The position numbers were made by a program, and so were the translations under genes. Below are positions 1-11,995 of a stretch of DNA of 64,000 nucleotides, in pieces. The DNA is taken from positions 1,426,001-1,490,000 of the forward strand of contig NC_135763.1 in NCBI RefSeq assembly GCF_052425735.1, written 5' to 3'. The stretch comes from Oculina patagonica (taxonomy: Eukaryota). The first letter of the stretch is position 1. Each line of letters opens with the position of its first letter. The notes beneath the pieces were generated by a model. The model had not been told where the DNA came from and made no database searches. It worked only from the letters and a program-made list of their open reading frames with translations.

Positions 1-11
1 CTGTACCTTCT

Positions 12-295
12 TCAGCGTAAGTACAAATGGCGTCCAGATGTAAATGAAATGTTTTTAGAAAGGCGAGAATCCACTAGAGATTGGCCTGCAGGATTTTGTA
101 CATCTACGGAATGTTTGTTAATCGAGTTCGGTTCACGGATAGAATGCCATGCTTCTAAAAACAGTCTGCGTGACCACTGAGAACAGCAGTCCTTAAATTC
201 GACATCGTCGAAATTAATATCGTGATTAGTTTGCGCGCAATATTGTGCCAACAGGGAGTTCTTGTCATCTGTGAAAACAGCTCTTTTGTGTTCTG
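12..295 (-). mobile_element. Penelope-like retroelement fragment (C-terminal part of GIY-YIG endonuclease)
   Basis: Minus strand reads EHKRAVFTDDKNSLLAQYCAQTNHDINFDDV...SRRLFLEAWHSIREPNSIN, typical of the PLE endonuclease end; truncated. Confidence 0.7.
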
Positions 296-855
296 GAGAA
301 GGTTACAGTATTTTTAACCAAAACGTCCACTTTTAAATTTTAGTCAGTGACAACAATTTTTCACTATTTTTTAATCATGCCTGACTATGATTACGGTATT
401 TCCAAAGAGTAATTTTTTGGGTAAACCAGGCAGAAATGCTAGGGGGTTGCTCGGCTTGGATAGAGGACCCGCATTATGTTGCTTCCACCTTAAATATAAC
501 AGCAGAGATTTAGAAAACGATTTTATAATGAAATTAAACGCTAAAATATTGTTAAAATTCATTTTAAAACTTTAAAAACTTTAAAAAAGTAGACGACGTT
601 TCGGCGCTACTCTACGCCATAATCAAGTCAAAAGAAGTGATAGTTAAAATAAGAATATATATAACGTGAAACAATGAAAATAGTTGTGTGTCCTATGGGC
701 ATAATACGTAAAGTAAAACAATGGAAAAACTAAAGGTTCTAATTAAAAATAGGGAAGTGTCAAGTAAATAATTTGGCGCGGATAGAGTCACTCTGGGTGT
801 TCAGGGAAGGATTAATGTCCCTGATGAACAGCATTTCGTATACGAGGCAGTCAAA

Positions 856-1137
856 CTTTTTTTTTTTTCATGTTTAAATGCGCTTTTATTACAAACAACA
901 CTCACAAGCTATTTACATGGTACTAGAAACAATACAATACATACTTATCTAAATTACAGCACACTACATATTTAACACTACATTACAATAAGTTAAACAA
1001 TACATTAATTACAGTCGCTGGTACGTTACATTTAAATGTATAAAGTAAGTGCATTGCTTACATTACTAAAATACACACTCTAACTAGCTGAGAAGGAATT
1101 TCCATTTCTGTTTAAATTTCTTCTCATCATTTGACAG
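856..1137 (-). mobile_element. 3' tail of an L1/Tx1-like LINE with poly(A)
   Basis: Poly-T at about 857-868 (poly-A on minus), AATAAA just upstream on minus, and an ORF end LSNDEKKFKQKWKFLLS* with the F..KW terminus common in Tx1/L1 ORF2. Confidence 0.5.
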
Positions 1138-1906
1138 CTGTTTCAATTCAACGGTGAGCTGTATGAGCAAACAGACGGTGTAGCTATGGGCTCGCCACTT
1201 GGCCCACTACTAGCCAATGTTCTCATGTGCCATATAGAGAACCAACTGGAACAAAACAACATGATCCCGTCATTCTATCGAAGATACGTTGATGACACTC
1301 TGGTCAAAATGCCCAACACAGACGCGGCTATAGATTTCTTACAAGTACTTAACGGTGCCCATCCTAGTTTGTCTTTTACCATGGCACTTGAACATGAGGT
1401 CTCTATTCCATTTCTCGGCACACTAATCACGAGAAACGACAACACACTAAAAACGGAAGTCTACAGAAAACCAACTGACACGGGCCTTCTGAAAAGGCCT
1501 GGTAAACACAATGGTTAATCGGGCGCACCGTTTATCCTCCACCGAAGAAGCCTTCACGAAAGAGTGCAACAAGTTACGCACCATGTTTTCAAAACTACAC
1601 TACCCGAACGCATTAGTCGATTCTACAATACGCAAGTTCAGGCAAGAAACTAATATAGAACCGCACGCCGCAACCCCATCAGAGCCATCTGTCTACATTT
1701 CATTGCCTTTTAAAGATCAACGATCGGCTAATCGCGTCCGCAAAGAAATTCATTCTCTGGGATCCAAGATCAACATCGATGTCAAACCCGTCTTTACCAG
1801 CAGAAAACTGTCACGGATTTTGTGCGTAAAGGAAAACAAGCCCCCGATCGTAAACACACAATGCGTTGTTTACTTGTTTAAATGTGATTTGTGCGATGCA
1901 AATTAT

Positions 1907-2187
1907 GTAATGTTTAATAAATGAGCAGCAGTGTTTTATCAAGTTTAAAACACGAGGCGCAGCCGAGTGTTTTAGACTTGACAAAGCACGAACTGCGAAT
2001 TTATTGAACGGCTTAAAAATCTTCTGATGTAGATCAACTAATTCTTGCACTTATATTTAGATTTGGGGTTATTTTCGCCTAGAAAATTGGACGTTAAGTT
2101 TAGCCGTGTCTTTATCAGATATAAAGAAACTCATTAAACATTCATTTCTTTTGTATTTTCTTTATGAATTATTAATGAGTTTTTTAA
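1907..2187. mobile_element. Non-coding insertion splitting the PLE GIY-YIG motif
   Basis: Sits between TAT and GTC of ...NY|VGFT...; has an internal hairpin centred on GGCGCAGCC (about 1956-1964). Confidence 0.7.
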
Positions 2188-3057
2188 GTCGGGTTTACTG
2201 CCCGACACCTACATCAACGCATTAGGGAGCACCGTTATTCTGCGATCGGTAAACACCTTGAGGCACAACATGGCAGCAAAGGAGCAAAGATTAATCTCCT
2301 TTTCAGAGTTAAAGAAATGCAGAAGCAAGTTTGACTGCCTCGTATACGAAATGCTGTTCATCAGGGACATTAATCCTTCCCTGAACACCCAGAGTGACTC
2401 TATCCGCGCCAAATTATTTACTTGACACTTCCCTATTTTTAATTAGAACTTTTAGTTTTTCCATTGTTTTACTTTACGTATTATGCCCATAGGACACACA
2501 ACTATTTTTATTGTTTCACGTTATATATATTCTTATTTTAACTATCACTTCTTTTGATTTGACAATGGCGTAGAGTAGCGCCGAAACGTCGTCTACTTTT
2601 TTTAAAGTTTTTAAAGTTTTAAAATGAATTTTTACAACATTTTAGCGTTTAATTTCGTTATAAAACCTTAAATATAGCAATTTATTTTTTATTTATTTTC
2701 ACATGTGATGGTCGAGCTAGTTTCAATACATACATATTATACTCGCTTCTCGTTATTTGGAATTGAAATTGGAATGTGTTTTTACCTTTATAGGAACACA
2801 CATATAAGCAATACTACTGGTAACTGTAAAACCTTTATGTTGTTAAAATTTGCTATTTATCATTATTTTCAGGTGGAATTTTTATAGGTGGTCTTCTCGT
2901 CCGTCGTTTCAAATTAAAAGAATCTCTCCTAATGGCAGCCAAATACTGTCTTATTATTAAGGCTCTCACTGCACTTGGCAGCATTTTGTGGATTTTTCCA
3001 GGATGCAAAGAAGTGCAACTTGCAGGAATTATCAAACCTTACTGGGACAGGTATGTA

Positions 3058-3876
3058 AAGGCCCAGTAATACGGGCTTCTCTTTCAACTTGTCTCGCAAC
3101 ATTGTTACATTGCAAGTTGTAAAGTGTTGTTGCGCGTATTACCTCCCGTATTGCAAGTTGTAAAGTGTAGTTGCGCGTATTATCACCCGTATGCAAGTTG
3201 TAAAGTGTTGTTGCGCGTATTACCTCCCGTATTGCAAGTTGTAAAGTGTTGTTGCGCGTATTACCTCCCGTATTGCAAGTTGTAAAGTGTTGTTGCGCGT
3301 ATTACCTCTTTCAACTTGTCTCGCAACATTGTTACATTGCAAGTTGTAAAGTGTTGTTGCGCGTATTACCTCCCGTATTGCAAGTTGTAAAGTGTAGTTG
3401 CGCGTATTATCACCCGTATGCAAGTTGTAAAGTGTTGTTGCGCGTATTACCTCCCGTATTGCAAGTTGTAAAGTGTTGTTGCGCGTATTACCTCCCGTAT
3501 TGCAAGTTGTAAAGTGTTGATGCGCGTATTACCTCCCGTATTGCAAGTTGTAAAGTGTTGTTGCGCGTATTACCTCCCGTATTGCAAGTTGTAAAGTGTT
3601 GTTGGGCGTATTACCTCCCGTATTGCAAGTTGTAAAGTGTTGTTGCGCGTATTACCTCCCGTATTGCAAGTTGTAAAGTGTTGTTGCGCGTATTACCTCC
3701 CGTATTGCAAGTTGCGGCAGCACGTTGCGCAAAGTAGACAAAACTTCAACTTTTTGCAACATTTTGCCGCAACTTGCCATAGGGTTGATAATATGCGCAA
3801 TAACAACGCTTTACAACTTGCAATGCAACAATCTTGCGAGACAAGTTGAAAGAGAAGCCCGTATTACTAAGCCTTA
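3058..3876. mobile_element. MITE with about 70-bp TIRs containing an expanded 41-bp minisatellite
   Basis: Left AAGGCCCAGTAATACGGGCTTCTCTTTCAACTTGTCTCGCAA versus right TTGCGAGACAAGTTGAAAGAGAAGCCCGTATTACTAAGCCTTA. Unit TTGCAAGTTGTAAAGTGTTGTTGCGCGTATTACCTCCCGTA repeated about 14 times (3110-3714). Confidence 0.85.
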
Positions 3877-6800
3877 ATACCGGACAAAAAACGAATATAG
3901 CTTGAATTTAAATTCAGACCTATGCACCTGACCTTGGTCACCACCTCCTGAAAGTTTGCTGGGTTCTAAGATTAAGAAAATTTATGATTTGATTTTTCAC
4001 TTGGTTCTTCACAGCCCGACGAAGGACAGTTCATTATTCTCAACACTGCCTCGTCCCCAGGCGTCCTCGTCCTTGGTCGTGCACGGTTCGCTTGGTGTTG
4101 TGGGACTGACGTGCACGGTTCGCTTGGCGTTCTGGGCCTGATGCGGACGGGGAAGCGGACGCCTGGCAGATCCTGTTCAGTTTCTTGGCAAAAATGTTCG
4201 GTTTCTCGTCAAAAGGCGTTTTAGCGCTTTTAACAAGTTTAACGGTCAAGAAATCAACACTGGGAGCTACGTGGAAGTTAGTACTGTCAACATGGGGATT
4301 TTGACGGCCTTTCGGATCGTTTTCGTTGCTCTATCGAGCCGATTCTTTTCAGCGTTCACTGAGGCTGGTTTCAGCAAAGCGGGGGTCCCCTTGCTTTAAT
4401 CTAATGTTGGCGGGAAATCTAGCTCAAAATCAGCGATTTATCCGGAGAAATGGTATGAAATCTGAGCAGAAGATTGAACAGAGAAAATCCCACTTTGATT
4501 GCGAGAAGATCGTCAATGGCGGAGGGTAAAGAATCTCTGCCGTCGTTAGAAAATTAAATTTCTTTATAAGCTTCGAACTGAGGGTAAGTTTCGCTTCAAT
4601 CGATGCCAGAGCTGGTTTGTTTCGTTTCTGAGCAGTGCTTAGCTTCCTTACATTTCGGTATACTTTTATTTGTACCTCTTGCAGCTATAAAGTCTATAAG
4701 CAGCGCTCCAGAGAGAGCCGTTCAAGTGCTAACAAGTGTTTTATCAAATTAATGTTGTCCAACGTAGGAGATCTTATGAGAACATAACACATAAACAATT
4801 ATAATGTGTGCTGATATTTTATTCTAGCTAGGTTAACCTCATAATTTACCTTTCTTGACAGAAAGTACAATTATTGAAATTTCAACTTTACGTAGTTCTG
4901 TTTATTTCAGCACTTAATGTGTTAGTGACCAGAGGAGGCAGATCCTACTCAAAATTTCTTTTTACTGATTCAAGTGTTAATATCGAAATTACTCTCCGCT
5001 GATTAATTTGTGTGTTTCTCGTCACTGTACTGCTTGATAATGCATTGATACTGTAAGGAGAAATAAGGTTTTGGTCACTCTTTTGGAGGATTTAAGCAGG
5101 ATAAGACTGACAAACTTGTAACAAAAAAAAATATAGTTTTTTCTAGTTGTAGTGTCACAGGGAGTGTTTTTTAGTAGGTGTTTGTAGAGAATGTGTGGCA
5201 AAACTTTATTCCTAAGGGTAACAAAACACTGGACTATGACAGACAGCAAAACTTAAATTATTTTTGCCGGCCCAAGAGTTTAATTTATGGCTGAGATAGT
5301 GTAGGAAAATAAATTGAGATGCCAGGCAATTTTACATCGAAGGGTTTGTTACTGACTCTTAAATGCATTTCATGTGAACATGGCAACTCCTGGCTAACCA
5401 TATTCAATTTGATTAAAATAAATAAACCGGCAAACCTGGAGTTGCCACTTTTTCCCCAGTCTGCTAATAGCCCACTGCCTCTAGCAGTCTTGGAAAACAA
5501 TTAAAACACTTTAAATGTTGAATGTATGCTTTGCCTACCCTGCTGCTTTATACCCATGACAACAGCTGTTGTAAGAGAAAAAGATACCTTTTTATATTTT
5601 TAAAAATATTTATAGTAGTACTGATTTTGCAAAACCATTCAGACATTTCCCTTCAATTTGCAAAAGTTATCTAGCCAGGAGGGTTTTACCTGCATGGCCT
5701 TAACCTACTGTGAATTTAAATAAGTTGTGCATGAGATAATCTGAGGATTACTGTTTGTACGACAATTTTCTTGGTGGTGCCCTTCATCTGATTATCATCT
5801 AGACATAATAGTTAGCCTTCTCCTGAAAATTAACTTGATTGATTTTCTAAAGTGATTTTCTACCCTCTTCAACCCTCCATGTACAGTTCACCCCAGCTCC
5901 TTTTGTAATTAGTTAATATCAAGTCAGTGGGAGCATAACAAAGGCCTTTAGACACGAAATTTGCAAGCACAAAGTAAACATTTCTTTTCAGTGGCTAAAA
6001 AAGTAAAGAATTTTACAAATACATGTACTAAGAATTACAGGAGAGTGATAAAAAATTAAGAGGGGTTTGTTACTAGAGTTATTTAGAATAGAATGATGGT
6101 GGGCCTTGGATGTCCAAAGATGCTAGCCTTGCATATCAATACATAAATATTTATGAGAAAAATTATCTTTCTATTTTTACAAAGCAAGATTTCAAGATGA
6201 TCTTAAATCATATACCGCACCGGGAACCATTCTAAAAACTTCATGAAAACAGTGTCATTCATCAGAAATGCTCTCTGCACCTGCCCCCAAATTAAAAGCC
6301 TGCATGGCATGGCATAGGGTACATTCCAAACAATTTAGTTGCCTCAGTTGCATTCACAGCATAAATGGCAGACTCACTGCCACAATGCTTAACAAAAAAA
6401 AGTGTGTATTTATCCTTAATAAATTGTGGTTTAATGGGAAAAAACTTTAAATATTCATTATTCCCCGCCCATTTTTCACAAGTATTCATTATTCCTTGCC
6501 TATTTTGAGATCAATATTCATTATTCCTTTAAATAGGTTGATGTTCCCAGGTATACAATTTTCAGACCCACAAAACGAGAGCGGTCAAATATTCTATTCC
6601 AATTCACAAGTTGTGCACAGGACACTGGACATTGTTCTGCTGCTATCCTTCTGGAAGGTGTTAGTTCATCACTTATTACATGCTTTTTTAATGGTGCCCT
6701 CTAGTTACACCTTCAATGGCCTTGATTAAAAAGTGTAAGAAGCATGTGGCTTCTTAGACTTGCCCCAAGTCGCTCGTTTTTTCTTTGCATCTATAGTTAC

Positions 6801-6981
6801 TTAAATAAAATGACCACTTGAGTAAAATCACCTTTGTAATCGCGCGGGATTTATTTCTGTGAACGCGCGCGCGACACTTACCGAGGAATGGCTCGGAACG
6901 AGCGACTTGTGTCACTTGCAGGAAATCGATTCTGGCTGACGTTTATTGCCGCGAAAAATTGCATCATGCTTGTGTGCACTG

Positions 6982-8278
6982 AATAGCGTCGCGCACAAAT
7001 TCTAAAAATAGATTTGGTCTCATGAGACCCCCCGCGTGACTCAGACAAACATTGCAGTCGGCCATAAGCGAATGTATGCGAGAGAGCGTCAATACGTGAA
7101 GAAAACATGTGAAAAGTTAGGTAAATCGGAGTGTATGCTTTCTCAAAGGGTCAAGAATGGTTAGTACAAAGCACTGCTGGCATAGTGAGTGCAAAACCGA
7201 CTCAAAGTATCCTGAACATTGGCCAAAATCGCTCTTAGAGCTGGAGGAATCGGGGAAGAAAGTCTTCATTCCATTCGGCTTACGGTACGAATTGCGAAAC
7301 GAAACGGTACTTTACGAAATGGTACTTTGCGAAACGGTACTGAGGTAAAAATATTGCAAAAATATTGAATGGGGCAAATAAACATTGATTGCAAAACAGG
7401 TATAAGTCATGATAAGTCGACCCAGGTTTGCGTGAAGGATAAATGTGATGCCTGCTTGAATCGAAACTTGTCGCGTCGCGAAAGAATTTATTTTCGAACA
7501 TGAATCAAAAATGCAAAACGTGAATCAGGGTGAATGAAAGTAACATCAAAAATCAGAAATAAAGACGCCTGTAAAAGCACTACTCTCGCTTTAGTCATCC
7601 GAAAATGAAGGAAGCGAAATCTTTCTGCCGCCGAGGATTTCTTATCTTTATTATAGTGCGTGAATGTACGCCGCCCGGCCCGCCAGGTTGTAAATAAAGG
7701 TCGCGTTAGTCACGTTTGTCATTCTTTCTTGTTATGTGTAGTCATGAAAACGAATGGATTAAAAGTCTGTTTTTTAACATGGCGAACGTTTATTAAGATC
7801 GAATAAAATTTTCAAAGAAGGTTCATGAATTTGTGGCATTTTTTTGCGGGGAATGTGTTATCTTTCGGGCGACAAACGCCGACAACTGTGATTATGCAAA
7901 TAACTGCTATACCGTTCAGCTACATTTTTGCCGATAAAAATTATTTCGAGCCGATCAAAATAGCTATTTTCGGTCAATTCTAAATTTGACGCTAGGTTCG
8001 TGATTAGTGTTTAGAAATACGATTTTTTCGAAGGGTTGTCGTTTTCCGCTTAATTTTAGCCCTCTGCACTTCAGCCATCGTTTTAACTGATCCGCAGTAT
8101 AGTTCTCTGCTTCACTTTCAAATTTCGAGCCAGGAACGCCATCATCTTGCGTGAGAACGGCCAAAGACCGAAGCGAAGTGCTCGCGAGCGACATAATTTC
8201 TTCATATCGCTCTTGTAGTTTGTCTGAGTCAAGTGGGGGGTCTCAATTTTGGTGACGTCATTTGTGCGCGACGCTATT
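6982..8278. mobile_element. Internally deleted ISL2EU/Harbinger-like transposon nested in the large element
   Basis: TIR AATAGCGTCGCGCACAAAT plus subterminal GAGACCCCC...TGACTCAGACAAAC at both ends. Convergent ORF starts: THAP-like MVSTKHCWHSECKTDSKY...FIPF (7157, +) and SAP domain YTADQLKRWLKCRGLKLSGKR (8194, -). Confidence 0.7.
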
Positions 8279-8896
8279 GGTTTCTTTTATCGTATTGACG
8301 TCAGTTTCGTGCGCCGTGTGCAGCTGACGCGCGCTGTGGCGTGTGTTAAAATTGCGATTTTCTTCCCTTTTCGTGGGAAATCATACTTAGGGCCCTTGAT
8401 GGCTCTCTCATTTCTGTAAGATTTAAAAGGGACATGCATAAAAAAAAGACATTTGTGTTGTTTGTTCTAAAACTGGTTTAACTGCCGATGTGAGAAGGAA
8501 ACAAGTCTACCAAAGAGCTGAAAAGTTAAACGCAAGCTTGTCTCGCGAGCAGCGCGCGCTAAGTTGGCGGGCACAGCGCGCTCAGTAAGTTCGCGCGCAA
8601 TACAATATGATTGACATAATCTCGATGGCGTCACCGGTGGAAAAATCCACCGGTGACGCCATATTTCAGAATTGGCACGCTGCAGGTGAGCCAAGTCGCT
8701 CGTTCCGCAACGATCCTCCGCCATTTTGTTTCTCGTGCCTGCGCGCGCCCTCCGTTTCCGTATCCAGCGGTCTCCTGCGAATCTAACGAGCGACTTGAAA
8801 CAAGTCTAGTGGCTTCTTTATTTGCTGACTAGCAAAATAGTACCCCCCCCCCCCAAAAAAAGCCAAGCGACATGTTTCAGTGAAAAGCTTTATTAA

Positions 8897-9667
8897 GGAC
8901 GGTGCCTCCTATTGTTACTGCGCACCTGTTCTGCGCATCACGCAATGCATCGATCACACCGGGCGCGCGCGCTTTTGATGAATTTGCTCGACCAAGCGCG
9001 CGACTAAAAAGCAAGAAAGATTTCTTTGCGACGAAATCTAGTTTATGGACATATACTAAGGCAGGAACAGCGGAAACAGCAGAAGAACAACATATCAGTA
9101 ACCATTGACCTCTTACACTGAAAATGGCTCACATTGACAGATAAAAACAAATCGCTAAGCGCTAAAACGTAAACTGCTAACTACATATGGCGTAGTGCAC
9201 GCGCGAGATGCAAATTTTTAACTCGCTAGGGAGGGGATAGGAAAAATGTAACAGACCCCAAAAGCGATTTCACAGAGCTTGAAAACAACTCGTATAACTT
9301 TTAAAAACGCGTGGTGACCCCTACTTTTTATTTTATAAAATGGAAGTGGCAAGCCTAAAGAGCACATGTTTTATTTGTCATTGAGTGAAAAAAAGTTTAG
9401 GCCGATTTCGTGGCCGTGCAAGTGAGAGCTGTTAGAGTCAAAAATAGCTCAAACGCAATTATTTTGTTAATAGAAACGTGGATCACGCAGTTCCGAAGAC
9501 ATTATTTGTTAGTTATTTTAAAGATTTTTATATTTTATGTTGATTTTGTTCATGTACAAACAATTTCACATGGAATTTGCAAGGAAATGTTATTTAGTTT
9601 TACCTTTTTTTTTAAATGCCACGTCAGCACTTTTTTCCAGTTTTCAAACCAAATTATATCGAAAATT

Positions 9668-9700
<33 letters not shown>

Positions 9701-9775
9701 TAATAGCCCTTGGTAACATCTACATTTCTAGTCATCGGCCGGACAAAAATACCTTGTTATTAGTAGGCACCGTCC
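8897..9775. mobile_element. Non-autonomous TTAA-targeting TIR element (Kolobok-like)
   Basis: TTAA|GGACGGTGCCT ... AGGCACCGTCC|TTAA. Confidence 0.8.
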
Positions 9776-10309
9776 TTAAACAAACAATGACGACAATGCG
9801 GTCCAACCAATGAGTCTATATAATCTGGAAAACAATGAAGTGTTGCACGATGTTTATAACAAGTTCTTTTGTAGGCCATTGTACAAACTTGTTCGAAAAC
9901 GCGTTTATCTCCTTAACATCATCACTCGTGCAATCAAGTCGAAATTAGTGCACCTAACAGAAATACATAATATCACACCCGCTTTAAGCGAAGCATAGTC
10001 TTTTGAAGCATGTACAAAGACAACAACTGTACGTAACCATAACGACTTGTCTATCAAGAGTTACTTCTAAACCAATAAGTGAACAACGGATAAAAGATAA
10101 ATGTAGTGTTTGCCTTCAGGAATAACAGGAACGGTACAAGTGCCCACAAGTACGTCAACGGGCCACATAATTTAAAAGTAGCATTCTGTTACCAATCTGA
10201 GTATTATTCCTATATCATGACACATTTTACATTGAGCACCGCTTTATGAGTTATCTATTTTCAGCTGTAGCTGTTAGATCAGCTTTGTGATTTTTCAAAA
10301 AAGTTCGAC

Positions 10310-11995
10310 ATCACCGTAATCTAATACGGGTTGCTGTTCTCCCTGTTCGTGTACGACAAGAAACCCTGGATGGTCCTCCCGGCTGTTCGTCGTCTGAGGC
10401 ATCTGAAGCCTCATCCTCGGAGTCAATGTCACTGTCTACGCCTCCTTTGAGTATCCGCTCAATTCTTAAAACTTCTTGCTGCAAAATTGTGTACAGTTTT
10501 TCATTTGGCAGACCCTCATTGACTACTTAACAACTTCGACGCGGTCAATAACTGAATACGGCGAATTTCGACAATCTGAATATGACTCTTTAAAGGTGTA
10601 TTTGTCTCCCGTTTCACAGTTGTCGAGCCATGTTATGCTCATACAGTCGTCAACGAAATCTATTCCGTCATTGCTCCCTTTCTTGATCAGCAAATCTTTC
10701 ATAAGAACGGCAAGGAAAAATCACCATTCCTCTTTTTTTCTACCGTGTTTCACTGCAATGGTCTCATTTTGCTTGAACAAGATGTCGCACTGAATAACTC
10801 GATTATCCTGGGAATAGCTTGACGAATTAGCATGACCTGCGGCCAAGTCTTCTGTGAGGACATCACAACTCGAATCTTGGCGCTGCTGTAAAGAGAATGA
10901 AATAGGATAAGGTAGCTGACCGTTTTCTTCTTTACTCTTGTATCTTACGGTATGCTGGCAAACGCTTCGTCCAAATGAAATGGCAAATTCACGTAAAGTT
11001 TTCTTCTTTTCAAGAGATAAATTTTGCAGATCACTTTGTACTGCATCGACAATTGCCTGTGGAATGGGCGGAGGATTGTTAAGCACTTTGTTAGGATAAT
11101 AACTGTTAGGACCAGTGAAATATTGAAAATCACCACTGTGCATTCTCTTTTCCAGCTTTCTTATACAGGCGGCACGCCGGATTCCGTATTTGAGCTGCGT
11201 TGGCATCGAGTCCTGTTGCCGCATTAAGGAGAAAAAATTCCCAACGATTAAAGTGGTAGGTGCGGAAAACAGAATCTGGTTGACGAGGTCTTCTTCCCCT
11301 AATTCTGTAAGAAGATTTTTTAATTTCCCAAGGCTGCTATGAATCAGTTGAAATGACCTTCTTGTACAATGAGGTATTATTTGGTCGGGACCTTGAGTAG
11401 CTGTACGGCCCGTTCGCTCACGTGTTTCCTCTCCCCAGGTCAAAAGAAAAGCAACAACATTGTCAATGATCGATATTCCTTGATCAAAGGAAAATCTTGG
11501 TGGGCCACGGTAGTGATCAAGGTTAAATAGTTCAGCATACTTATAAAAGACATCTGACAGCTTCTTGAAAGGTTTCCCGTTCGTTATCATCCGAATGGCC
11601 TTATTTCCACTGTCGCAAACGAAAAGTGTCCTTCCAAACGTTTCCAAGCCATGAGGTGAGTGTAACGTTGCTGAGCTCACTACTCCATCCATGTCTCCAG
11701 TTTCATTCGAACTACCGGTCACTAGTTGGTATCTCGGGACATGCTCAATGTCAGATTCTTTTACAATCGTATGATTGCTAGAGTTTGATACGTAAAGGCA
11801 ACAATATAGGAAGCAAAGTCCAGAAGGAGAGACGATTAATTCAGAAGCAACAGAAGACAGTAACGTTCCATTCCTCGAGTCAATAACGAGAATATTCGGA
11901 TTACTTGTCAAGTTACTTGCAACATACAACTTATTTTCCTGGAAGGCTAATGCTACAGGCAGAATGTTGGTAGGCGTGTCCTTAGGTGGGTACAC
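10310..11995 (-). pseudogene. Decayed NHL-repeat (beta-propeller) protein with transposase-like C-terminal region
   Basis: 424-aa ORF with NHL-type repeats (SPSGLCF...LYVSNSSNHTI; GDMDG...ATLHSPHGL...LFVCDSGNKAIR). The frame continues through TGA at 10721 (EEW*FFLAVLMKDLLIKK...) and, with more lesions, to an acidic tail and RTRTGR near 10310. The N-terminus appears deleted. Confidence 0.7.

Larger units (their letters stand above)
521..2665 (+). mobile_element. 5'-truncated, decayed Penelope-like retroelement with inverted pseudo-LTR
   Basis: RT motifs GVAMGSPLGPLLAN and YRRYVDD (about 1135-1490), a frameshift, then CDLCDANY|VGFTARHLHQRIREH (GIY-YIG) to a stop at 2425. 521-858 is an inverted copy of 2327-2665. 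CCTTAAATATA is repeated at 488-498 and 2666-2676 (possible TSD). Confidence 0.9.

Noticed and set aside
3110-3714. Regular 41-bp array resembling a CRISPR; ORFs at 3220-3849
   Set aside because: No unique spacers, no cas genes, eukaryotic context; it is a minisatellite inside a MITE.
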